NCBI GenBank assembly: GCA_013239625.1
Contig: MU054212.1
Span: 6,112,270 to 6,176,269, forward strand
Reading direction: 5' to 3'
Length of the DNA stretch: 64,000 nt
From: Lama guanicoe
Taxonomy: Eukaryota
Within the stretch, counting starts at the first letter, position 1, and the number at the start of each line of letters is the position of its first letter. This document shows, piece by piece, positions 24,571 to 36,100 of the stretch. The position numbers and the translations under genes are program-made. The notes beneath the pieces are model-generated. The model did not search any database, was not told the DNA's origin, and saw only the letters and a program-made list of their open reading frames with translations.

Positions 24571-25959
24571 AAGAAACAAATGTCATTGTAAACATTAAAC
24601 TATACACTCACGTATATAAATGCACATGTGTATATACGAATATAAACACAACTTAACTGTTTAATACTGACACATATATACAACCGTATATGTGTTTGAC
24701 ATTAAACATGGTGCATGATCTGTAGCAATCAATCAAAATAGTGTCTGTTGTTTTTTTTAAATTATTATCTGCTAGCTTAAAGAAGACTTTCATAATGGGA
24801 ACATATATACATATACTCATATGTACCAATCAAGTAAATCTTCACCTTCCCCAGGTGAAAAAAACATAATTTATCTATATTGTTTGCTTATAATGGCAGC
24901 ACAGAAAGCAATCCCATTTTTGGAATTAAAACCTGAAACATTCACATTATTCTGTGATAAAAGATGGCTAGTTGTGTAGGTAGTAGCAGGACATCCAACT
25001 ATTTATATAATTGTTGGTGTTGTGCAAAATCACAAAAAGATCGTATATTTGTATGCAGTTCATCATGGACTGCTTGGTAATGTTAGTCTAATTTTGTTTT
25101 AAACTACTGTTTAAATCATTTATTGTTATTTACCTTTTCATCATTTGTGACCTTGCCTCCCCAAATAGATTATAATTCTTAAAATAGGCCAATACTTTCC
25201 AAATACTTAAACTTAACTTTTCTTTCAAATGTGTCCATTTGAAATGCTGAAGGATGCAACGTGAATGCTTTCACCTCCCTGGCAGTTAACTAATCTGCAA
25301 AATGAGAGCAGTGGGTCATATGCCCTCTGTGATCCTTCCCCATTCTAACCATGCCATGGTTTCCTGTTCATTGAAGGAGAACACACTAAATGTGAATTTG
25401 GTTCAAACGTTGGCCAGTTGCGCTGCCCACTTCAAGCTACAGAAATATTTCACGGAGTTATTCCTGGAGTCAGACAGCATGTTTTGAGATTTGCTATAAC
25501 ACGACTGTCCATGGTTGCAGAAAACTGCAATGGCCAGGATGGCACAGGGACAGCTGTCCCTAGCTAAATGCCAGCTGGGAAACCTAGCAACAAACAGCAC
25601 TGAGATTGGTTAGCACGAAAACTGAGGACAGTATTCAAGTGTGAAAAACCAATTATGCAGAAACCAAAACAGAAGATCCAGGTCCTTACTTGGGGTGAGG
25701 GAATGGGGAGGGGGGAGCTCATAAGTCTTGCATTCAGCAGAACTTCATCTATGATGTTGCTCTTCTTCCTTTAAGGAGAGGCTAGTGCCTCATTTTATCA
25801 TCAAATAATACCTCAGACTGTGGAGGTGTGCTAACACTATTCAGATCACATTTCAGGTGCTTGTTTTCTGTAGAACACTATGCACCTTTATTACTCTCCA
25901 TAGGTTTAAAGATAGGAATTTTTAAAAATTATCTTTGTTAATATAGAGCTATGTTTCTT

Positions 25960-27270
25960 TTCAATTTTTTATTTTATTTTTTACTGAAGTCTAGTTGATT
26001 TATGATGTTGTATTAGTTTCTGGTGTACAGCATAGTGATTCAGTTATACAAAAAATATACGTATTTTTTCCTAATAGGATATTACAAGATATTGACTATA
26101 GTTCCCTGTGCTCTCCAGTAGGCCTCATTGTTTATCTATTTTGTAAATAGTATCTGCTATTTTATAAATAGTATCTGCTAATCCCAAACTCCCAGTTTAT
26201 CCCTCCTCCTCCTTCCCCCTTTGGTAACCAACCATAGGTTTGTTTTCTGTGTCTGTGTGTCTATCTGTTTTATAAATAAGTTCACTTGTATCTTTTTTTA
26301 AAAATTTCATATATGCATGATATCATATGATATTTGTCTTTGTCTGACTTACTTCACTTAGTACGATAATCTCTAAGTCCATCCATATTGCTGAAAATAG
26401 TATTATTTCATTCTTTTTTACAGCTGAGTAATATTCCATTTATATATACACCACATCTTCTTTATCCATTCATACATTTAGGTTGCTTCCATGTCCTTGC
26501 GATTGTAAATAGTGTTACTGTGAACATTGGGGTGCATTATCTTTTCAAATTAGAGTTTTCTCTGGATATATGCCAAGGAATAGGATTGCTGGATCACATG
26601 ATAACTCTAGTTTTTTAAGGAAACTCCAGACTGTTTCCATAGTGGCTGCACCAATTTACACTCCCACCAACAGTGTAGGAGGGTTCCCTTTTCTTCACAC
26701 CCTCTCCAGAATTTATTGTTTATGAACTTTTTAATGATGGCCATTCTGGCCAGTATGGGTGATTCCTCACTGTAGGTTTGATTTGCATTTCTCTGATAAT
26801 TAACAATGTTGAGCATTTTTTGTGTGGCTGTTGGCCATCTGTATGTCCTCTTTGGAGGAACGTCTATGTAGGTCTTCTGCCCGTTTTTTGATTCGGTTGT
26901 TTGGTTTTTTGTTATTGAGTTGTATGAGCTACTTGTGCAATTTGGAAATTAAGCCCTTTCCAGTTGCATCATTTGCAAATCTTTTTTCCCATCCCATAGG
27001 TTGTCTTTTCATCTTTTATGGGTGTTTTGTCATTTTTTTATGGCAAAGTTTCCTTTGCCATGCAAAAGTGTCTAAGTTTGATTAGGTCCCATTTGTTTAT
27101 TTTTGCTTTTATTTTTATTGCCTTGATAGACTGACCTAGGAAAACACTGCTACAATTTATGTCAGAGAATGTTTTGCCTATGTTCCCTTTGAGGAGTTTT
27201 ATGGTGTCCTGCCTTATATTTAAGTCTTTAGGTCATTTTGAGTTTATTTTTGTGTATAGTGTGAGGGAGA
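25960..27270 (-). mobile_element. L1 3' fragment (~1.3 kb)
   Basis: Reverse-strand ORF2 remnant [27 protein letters not shown] plus 3'UTR and T-rich tail. Confidence 0.92.
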
Positions 27271-28194
27271 GTTATGTATGTTTCAGTCCCAGGGTATTTA
27301 CCGGTATAACATCTTCCAGTATTGAAGAGGCACAGTCAAGATGGTGGACAGATTACAGTAGGAATGCATGTGAGTAACTCTCTTCTGGCACCTGACATCT
27401 CTGCTGTTGTCAAAGTAACCTGAAGGATCTGCTGCTCCATCACATGGAAACACATTTCTCAAGGAATGGTCCCTTGATTCCTGCATCAGAACGCACTGGA
27501 GGACTATTAAAAATGCAGCTTCCATAGCTCACTCCTGGCTCCCTGAATTGAAATATCTTAAAAGGAGGTCATTTTAATAAGCTCCTCAGGTGATTCTGAT
27601 GCTAGATAAACCCTGAGAGCCCTTGACCTGAATGATGACTTGTCAAAATTGCAGTATGGCCATGTCACTCCTCTACCTAAACTCTTAATTGGCTCCGCAA
27701 AGCCACAGAAGCAAGTTGAAAACTTTTCACCTGTCAAATACGGCTTCCATGATCTTGTCTCTGCCTAGACCTTCAGTTTTTACGCTTCTTACCATCTGCT
27801 GGGTGCTTAAAATTATAGGAGCAAAGAACTGCTTGTAGACTCTCGGAACAGAGCATGTTGCTTCTTGCCCTCTTATCTGTACTCACCAGGTCCCTTCTAT
27901 CTGGAATGTTCTTTCTTTCTCTTACCCTTCATTACATTCCACCTGGGCTAAGAAGCAACAATAACACTCTTTCTCTGTATAGATCTCCATCATTGGTCTC
28001 ATATTGAATTATAAAAGGTAATGCTGTATTCCTGTCTATCTTACCTACCAGGCCATTGAAAGGCCTTGAGAACACGGGATAAATATGTGAGTGAGTTTGG
28101 TTGCTAGCAACAGAATTCAACTCTGAATACAATAATCAAGAACAAAAGGAAGTTGGTAAGATACTACATAGCTAGGAGATAAAAAAGGAACTAT

Positions 28195-28450
28195 ATCAGC
28201 CAAGACATGGAAACAACCCAAATGTCCATTAACAGATGACTGGATAAAGAAGGTATGCTTTTTATATATATATATGTATATATATATGATGAAATACTAC
28301 TCAGCCATAAAAAGGAATAAAATAATGCCATTTTCAGCAATATGGGTGGACCTGGAGATCGTCATTCTAAGTGAAGTGGGCCAGAAAGAGAAAGAAAAAT
28401 ACCATATGGTATCACTTATATGTGGAATCTTAAAAAAAAAAAGGACACAA
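28195..28450 (+). mobile_element. L1 3'UTR fragment
   Basis: gccaagacatggaaacaacccaaatgtccattaacagatgactggataaag...cttatatgtggaatcttaaaaa. Confidence 0.85.
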
Positions 28451-31136
28451 GTGAATTGCTTATTATTTATAATTTAGTTGATTGATTTCTTGAGTATGTG
28501 TAAGCACATTTGACTGTCCCTTATGATTAGATTACCACATTCTGTTGATTCTTATTTTGTGGTTGGCTTTATTCCTCTGATAAATATGTAAGTTTAAAAA
28601 GCTAAAGCTCTAAGCTATTCTTAGAAATAATGATCAGTACATATATGTAAACTAAAAAAAATGTTCAGTATATTGTATATATGTATTATATGCAATGTAC
28701 TGTATATGGGCAGTCAAATTGTAACAATTCTACATAATAAAACTGAAAAAATGAAGAAGAAAAAAGGAGGTGTATCAACTATACTTAGGAAGGACAGACA
28801 CCAGGGAAACGGCAGATCCCAGCATTAGGAACTCCTCCTCAGGCCAGGGGGGTCAGTGAGGGGTTAAAAATAGACATGTGATTGGCAGTCCCACCAAGGT
28901 CACATGAGATGAAGAAAGGACAATTCCTCCAAAGGAAGAGTATGTGGTGCTATTACTGGAAAAGGTGAGGAGATGCTTGGCAGACAAAAACAACAGCTGT
29001 CCACTCCATTGAGTCTTGCTCCAGATTGTGTCCCCAGTGTCTAGTGAGGAGCTTGACACATGGTAAGCTCGCATTGGATGTTTGCAGAATAAACAAAGCC
29101 AGAGAGAACTAACATTTATTTAACACTGTCAGGCAATGAGCAAGGGTTTCAATGTTATTGCATTCAACCACTCACAACAGTTCTACAAATAAACATTATC
29201 TGTGTTTTCCAAATGAGGAAACAAAAACCGAAGAAGTAACTTACCAAGTTCACTCAGCAAGAGAAAGAGCTGGAATCTTGCACAGGTACCGAACTGTACT
29301 TCCCTCAGTGAGACATATACAAAGCTTTTTCTCCATAAGAAGTGTAACTTCCCCTTTCCCAGTAACATCCCTGTTTAGTTAGCAGTGTCTTAGAGAGACC
29401 ACCATGTTATCACAGGGAAGACCAGTATTGAACAGTGGTTAAGTTCACAGGTATTGAGAGAGATTTCCTAGGTTGGACTCTAAGCTCTGTTTTGGCATAA
29501 ATGTGATCCGAGGCAAGTTTTTACCCCATTTGCACCTCTCTGGAAAATCAAGATGACAAAATTAGTTACCTATGTCATAGGATTAATATGAAGATTAAAT
29601 TAGGTAACACATATAAAGCACTTAGACTAATACTTGATACATAGTTAAATGATAAGAAATGTTGCTTGTTTCTTTTTATTACTGCATTGTCTTCCACAGA
29701 ATATATGTTCCATAATAGATTCTATCATTCTCTGTGGAAATTTTGTTGGTTGCATATTTTTGGTACTACAGACAGTGTTTCAAATGGACATTCCTGTTTG
29801 TACCTCCTTGTGCACGTTTGTCCACACATTGGTACAAGGATTTGAATTGTTGAGTTAAAGGGTATTTGTATGTTAAAATTATTAATTTTTATCTATTGCA
29901 GCGCATACACACAGTACAAAGGTCAAAACATGCAAAACGTCATGCAGTAAAATTCCTCCCACTCTTGTTCCCCAGCAACTAGTTCCCTTCCCTTGAGGCA
30001 ACCACATTATTCATTCCTTGTGTATATTTTTAAGGATACTAATATGTATATGCCAGGTACATATATGTGTGTGTGTAAGCATACAGGCTTTTAAAAATAT
30101 ACATGAAAGTATTTAATACATACACTTGTGCTCCGAAAACCTTTTTCACACAGTAATATATGTTGGAGAGCTTCCCTTGAGGAGAGTTATAGAGTTACCT
30201 TTTTTTAATGACTACATAGTATTCCATTGTAAAACTGTACTGTAATATATTTAATCAGTCCTTTATTAGGTGGCATTTAAAAAATTCCTGTATCTTGCTA
30301 TTGCAAACAATACTATAATAAACATCCATGTCATGTCACCTATGTGCATTTTTTAAGTGAAATACTGCAAATGGGCCTAAAAAAGGCAAGCTGTACAATT
30401 TTAAATGTTGCTTTATCTGTTTGTTAAGCAAATTTACCTTAGTTTACAAAAATATTTTCCTATTATGGACATTTAAGTTTCCTCTAAGTTTGGGGTACTA
30501 ACAATAAACTTCAAAGAATATAAAGATGTCTTTCTCCTAATTTCAACACTAACTGAAATTATAAGTTTATTTCTTTTTGTGAGTCCTACAAGGAAATAAG
30601 TAAGTAAAGTATGTTCTTTTTTTTTTTCATGACAATTCTATTCTCCTTTTGGTTCACTAAGAGATTCACTAGCTTTCTTCATACTGGAGATGTTGACTAT
30701 AGGGCTTTCGAATTTCTTTTATACTAATCTATACTTCTGATGTCCTTTAGGGCCTAGAGTCTAGATTATAAATTTATTCTCTGGCTAATACTATCATCAT
30801 CATCATCATTGTCAATTTTATAAGTTTACTAAAAACCTTATAAATAATATCAGATGCTTCATGTTCATCCATCCTCCTAGGTCCCAATTTCATGCCTTCA
30901 TTTACCTAATTTTGTCTTATTCTTTTCTAAGATTCTTATTGCTTCTCATTGCTACACAGGTGCCTTAGTGAGAAGCATGTGGATTTTAAAACAAAAGATC
31001 TAGAATTAAAACTTGGTCCTACCGTGTATTTGCTATGTGGCCTTTGCTAAGTTAAAATCTCTGAGCCTATAAAAATGGAACAAATAATAAATACCTTGTA
31101 TTAGTATTAAATTACATATATAAAAATAGATAGCAT

Positions 31137-31289
31137 GGGAGGGAGCGTATAGCTCAGTGGTAGGGCATGTGCTTAGCATACACAAGGTCCTGGGTTCGAT
31201 CCTGGTACCACCTCTAAAAATAAATAAATAAAATAAATAACCCCACTGCCTGCTGAAAAAAGGAAAAATAAAAGAAAATAAGAACAGAG
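31137..31289 (+). mobile_element. tRNA-derived SINE (Vic-1-like)
   Basis: tatagctcagtggtag...gcttagcat...gggttcgatcc plus A-rich tail. Imperfect TSD aaaatagatagcat/aaaatagacat. Confidence 0.85.
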
Positions 31290-32224
31290 AAAATAGACAT
31301 TAAAAACTAGTTAAAAAAATTTTTAAGATAAAAAACAGACAACATGTATCACCTCCCACACATTCATTATGTCTAACTCTTAGAGTAGCCACAGCAGGAT
31401 AAACAGGATGGCAAATACAGCAGACTATGAGAAAATCGAGGAGATGGTATGAGACAGATGTGGTGTAGAAAGTCACCCAACCGAGGCTTGAAATTTGAAA
31501 TACAGCTGGGAGTGGTGAGTGTTGGTAGGAAGTGTTTAAGCAGAGCAAAAAAGCAGGTATAAAGGCCCTGCGATCAGAAGGAACTTAGTACAGTCAAGGA
31601 ATTGAAAGACGCAGAGAAATTTAGGACCATGCAGAGTAAGGGAGAGAGTGACAGCAGATGGGATCCAAAGTGGGGTTATTGTGGGAGGCCCTATTGTTGG
31701 CCGATCCAATTTCCTCACCTTCTTTCTTGATAAAAGAACCCCTAATTATATCGCTCAGATAACTGAAGTGCCAAGCCCTGTGGAGTACATAATGAGTTTC
31801 AGCCAGTTAGTGCAAACCCTCGTTGTCTTCTGCTAGCGACTGCATTAAGAACGGTCATGGGGCCCAGCTTGGACCAATAAGATAGAAGGGGAAGTCTGCA
31901 GAAAAAGGCCCATGGGAAGCACTGAAAGAAGAAGGAGCTTGAAGAAGGAAATTCTGTCTTACCTGTTCTTGGAGATGGTTTTACATGTGATTATTGGGGC
32001 AGTTCTGCCATCTTTCTGCCATGAGGAAGACACTATTGACAAACGGGATAGCAAAGGGCTGAGACCTGGAGGACATCACTGAACTGCTGAGCCAACTCTG
32101 GACTGCTTACCTCTGGACTAATTTACCATATTAGATCATGAACATCCTTGTTGATTAAGGCATTTCCAGTTGAATTTCTGTTCCTGGCTGCTGAAGGTAT
32201 CCTAACTTAATTATAGTTATTGAG

Positions 32225-33950
32225 GGACTAAGATCATGCAGTGCTTCATAGATCACGCTAAGGATTTGGAATTTAATCCTGAGGATTATGGAGAGCCATT
32301 AGAGTGTTTTGAACGTAGAATGATGTAAGACATTTGCTTTTCAAAAGGTCACTGTCGTTGCCAAGTGAGTAACAGATTGGACAGCGGCAGCAGTGGATGT
32401 AGGTGGAGCAGACAGGAACTACTGCAACAGGTCACACAAGAGGATGCAATGACTTAAAGTAAGTGGTAGCTGGCTGTGGGAACAGAGAAAAACTAAACAA
32501 TTCAAGAACTACTGAGAGATGTATGGGAGGCAGAATTGTAATCATGATTGGGATTGATTCAACGTGAATGAAGAAGTGGAAGAAATCAAAGGTGGCTCTC
32601 AGGTGTCTGGACTGAGGTACGAGGTAGATTACAGTGCCATTTACTAAGAGGGAGATAAACAACTGGAGGTGGAACAGGTGGAAAGTTAATGAGTTCACTA
32701 TTGGACATGTTGAACTGAAGGTTCCTGAAGCAACCAGGTGATTATATCACGTAAGTGGGCATTTGAGTGCCTAGAGATAAAGATAAAGACTTTGGAATCT
32801 TGATGGTAACAGAATCTATGTGATTTTTGAGATTGATAGGTACGGAATGAGTGGCCAGGAGGGAAAAGTTCCGAAGACAATCCTACGATCTCCAGTACTT
32901 AGCTTTTCCATGGAGCAGGGGAAGCCAGAGAAGGAGACTGAGAAAGAACAGTCAGGAAGAGAGGAGGAAAGCCAAACTGTGTTTCACAAGGAGGGAGTGG
33001 TCAGCACTGACAAATATAGCTGAGAGGTCAAGCAAGAAAAGGACTTAAAAGAGTCTGTTGGATTTAACCACATAAAGGCCACCCACCAGTGACACTGGTG
33101 ATGAGGCAATTTTTGGACAGAAGGAGGTAGAGTGGTCAGTTCAGAACCCAGGTTGGACTGCAGAAGGAGGGAATAATTAAGAAATAAAGACTTAAAAAAA
33201 AAGAAATGAAGACATGAAAAGTAGAGAATCACGTCAAGAAATTTGGCCTTAAAGAAAACATAAGGCAGGAGTTGAGGGACATGTGAGATCAAGGGAGGGT
33301 TTCTGTTTTTCTTTTAAAAGGAGGAATAGCTGTCTTTCCTTCACTCCTATATCCAATTCATTTGCAAGCTGTTTTAGGTCTTTGTCCTAAATATACCACA
33401 AACCTGTCCATCTCTTAATACTACCCAGATAACTCCCTGATTCAGGCCATTATGATCCTCACTTGGACCAATTCTGTAGCCTCTTACCTGGTTTCTCTGC
33501 TTCTGTTCTTATTTTGTTCCTGTCTTTCCCAAACCACACAGCAGTCAGAATAAATCAAATCATGGTACCTGGAATAAAACCCAAACCCTTGGTCCTGGCC
33601 CATAAGATTGGGTATGATCAGGCCCGTCTCCTACCTCATCTCATCCCATTTACACCCCTGATCCCCTGTGCTCCGGCTCCACACCCTTCTTTCTGTTTTT
33701 TTGTTGTTGTTGTTGTTGTTCTTGCCTCACTCACTGTTCTCGCTGCTTAGCCAACTTTAACCTAGATCTTTGAAAGGCTGACTCTTTTTCATTATTCATG
33801 ACTCTTCTCAAATGTCATTTCATCCAAAAAGTCTTCCCTGATCTTCTCATCCTCCCCCACATCCTCACTCTCTACTTTACCATCTTCATGGCTTTTATTG
33901 TCTGAAGTGAACTTGTTCATTTATTTATTTGTTGATTATTTACATCTTCT
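32225..33950. mobile_element. L2 LINE relics (two oppositely oriented blocks)
   Basis: Purine-rich L2-like block (32225-33320) followed by a pyrimidine-rich L2-like block (33330-33950). Confidence 0.6.
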
Positions 33951-33971
33951 CATTAAAAGTAAAGTCTGGGG

Positions 33972-34147
33972 TAACTACTATATATAAAATAGATAAACAA
34001 CAAGGTCTCACTGTATAGCACAGGGAATTATATTCAATATCTTGTGATAACCTATAATGAAAAGAATATATATATTTGTATAACTTACCATGCTGTACAC
34101 CAGAAACTAACACAACATTGTAAATCAACTATATTTCAATTAAAAAA
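33972..34147 (+). mobile_element. 5'-truncated L1 with perfect TSD
   Basis: 18-bp direct repeat taaaagtaaagtctgggg at 33954-33971 and 34148-34165. TT/AAAA endonuclease site. Confidence 0.92.
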
Positions 34148-34495
34148 TAAAAGTAAAGTCTGGGGGAAACTGGATGAAGTTTATAGGATTATTATGTATT
34201 CTTGTGTGGATTGCATGTGCATATTAGGCATTACTGTGGATTATTTTTAATAATAAGAGTGTCAATCTATAATTATCTCCAAACAATTTTTTTTGAATAA
34301 GTTCTGTGAGAACTGGGATTTTGTTTGCCTGTTCGGAACTGTGTCCCCATCACCAGAAAGGAGTCTGGCATGCAGCAGGCACTAAAGAAGTCTTACTAAA
34401 TGTGTGAATTAAATGATATATTTGGTCATAAATATTAAAAAGAGGAGGGAGAGGGGAGTACAAACAACAGCAGGAAATCCTAAAGTGAAGAAACT

Positions 34496-34524
34496 GGGCG
34501 GGGGGCGGGGGGGCGGGGGGGGCG
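34496..34524 (+). promoter_or_regulatory. Tandem GC boxes (Sp/KLF) / potential G-quadruplex
   Basis: gggc-ggggggc-gggggggc-ggggggggcg: four G-tracts separated by single C, ~650 bp upstream of the ATG. Confidence 0.6.
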
Positions 34525-34739
34525 TGTCCTAGGATCTAGCACTAGAACCCCCGTCCTAGAATTGGGATACGCATGCAGGTCTCAGAACTCTTCCCACTGC
34601 GCATGCTATCTCTCCATTAATAGAGTGTTGATTAGAAGACCTGAGTAGACGCGCATAGATCACCTTTGTAGCCTATTATGATTACAACAGAGCAGGACTG
34701 ATAGGACCATCACCTTACAAGTGGGTATTCTCTGATTTC

Positions 34740-36100
34740 CTTAAAGCACGACCACGCACGACCACGCCCGCACTTTCACATTCACTTGCTACAGTGGTTG
34801 AGAAGGAGGATGCAATCGATAGCCTGGAAGGTTCACTTCCCGCCCAGGTCCTCTGCTCTGCAGTTGAGGTTTCAGGTTTCAATCCTCCCAGGGCCACGGG
34901 ACGTCGCAGCGTGCACGGGGCGGCGGCCGCCGGCGTCTCCACGCCTCAAGTAAGGCAGCGCCCCAAAGATCGTTTCAGACGCGCGGCCGCGCGCTCGGCC
35001 CGCCCCAGACCGCGGTTGGGCGCCTCAGCGGAGGCAGCTTCTGGGCTGCGCTAGCTGGGCGCGCTGGGAGGCGGCGATCGCAGCTGGGCTGGGACTTCCT
35101 TCCTCCACCGCAGGACAACAAAACAATCCGGCAGCAGCCACCGAGCTCTTGGCCGCCGTCTGGGCGGGAGGCACAGCGATGGGCTCCCTGCTGAGCAACG
35201 ATAGCGGAAAATCCGCGCCCGCCTCGGCCACCCAGCGGGCCCTGGAGCGCAAGAGGGACCCGGAGCTGCCCGTCACGTCCTTCGACTGTTCCGTGTGCCT
35301 AGAGGTGTTGCACCACCCGGTCCGGACCCGCTGCGGCCACGTGTAAGTGCCAGGGGAGGTGGGTTTGCGTGCCCACCCCCTGGGGAGGACGATGTCGGGG
35401 GAGCCTTGGGGATGGAGGTTTCAGAAGCCAGTGTTTGAAGGAAACTGCTACAGGGAGAAACCTGGACCCGTCGAGTGGGGGCCACGGGGAAAGTGCCCAG
35501 CCTGAAGGTGACACAGGATTTCAGGGGGAGAAAAGAGCATCAGGCGGGCCCGGCATCCTCGTCCGGAAGCCCAGGTGTGGCGCCCCCGGGAAGGGGATTC
35601 CGGGCGCGCGAGTCGCGGGGAGCCGGGGCTTGCCAGCTGAGGAGGGTGCGCTTGGCTGGAGAAGCAGCACCCGCCTCGGCCCAACGCAGGGGGCTCCCGC
35701 AGAGCAGTTATTCCACTCAGCTCAGTTAATCGGGCGGTGCTTCCCTCTCCTCCCGGAAACCGGGTCGGCTTTGCTTTGCTGGCTCTGTGCACGGGTTTCC
35801 AGAACACCCGCTAAGGCCGGTCTCTTGAGCAAAGAAGGATCTGTGCAAACTGTCCTTCCATCCCCAACTCCTTTTCCCAACACAGACGACCAAACCCCTC
35901 AGAGATCAAGACAAGCTGGGCCGTCCTAGTGGCTTTCTGTAGTCGTTAGGGTTTGACAACTCGTCAGGGTGGGGTCTGGGGCTTGAACGTTACCCCCAAG
36001 CCCTTGAATGGAGCGGTTTAAAACCCAGCCGACCAAGTGACGGAGGTTGCAGACTACCTGCCTTACGCACCGCCTCCCCACGTGGGTAGGAAGTACAGAT
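34740..36100. promoter_or_regulatory. RNF125: CpG island / promoter and 5' end of RNF125
   Basis: Sharp rise in GC and CpG density around exon 1 against a CpG-depleted background. No obvious TATA box. Confidence 0.9.
35179..35342 (+). CDS. RNF125: RNF125 coding exon 1 (N-myristoylation motif MGSLLS; first half of C3HC4 RING)
   Basis: ATG in good context (gcgATGG) at 35179. Translates [54 protein letters not shown](V), matching RNF125/TRAC-1 as I remember it. Donor GT|gtaagt at 35343. 164 nt, phase 2. Confidence 0.97.

Noticed and set aside
35369..35929. 186-aa ORF and overlapping ORFs in the CpG island
   Set aside because: They lie in GC-rich intron 1/promoter sequence where stops are rare. 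Starts are mostly non-ATG, composition is low-complexity G/P/R/A, and no domain is recognisable.
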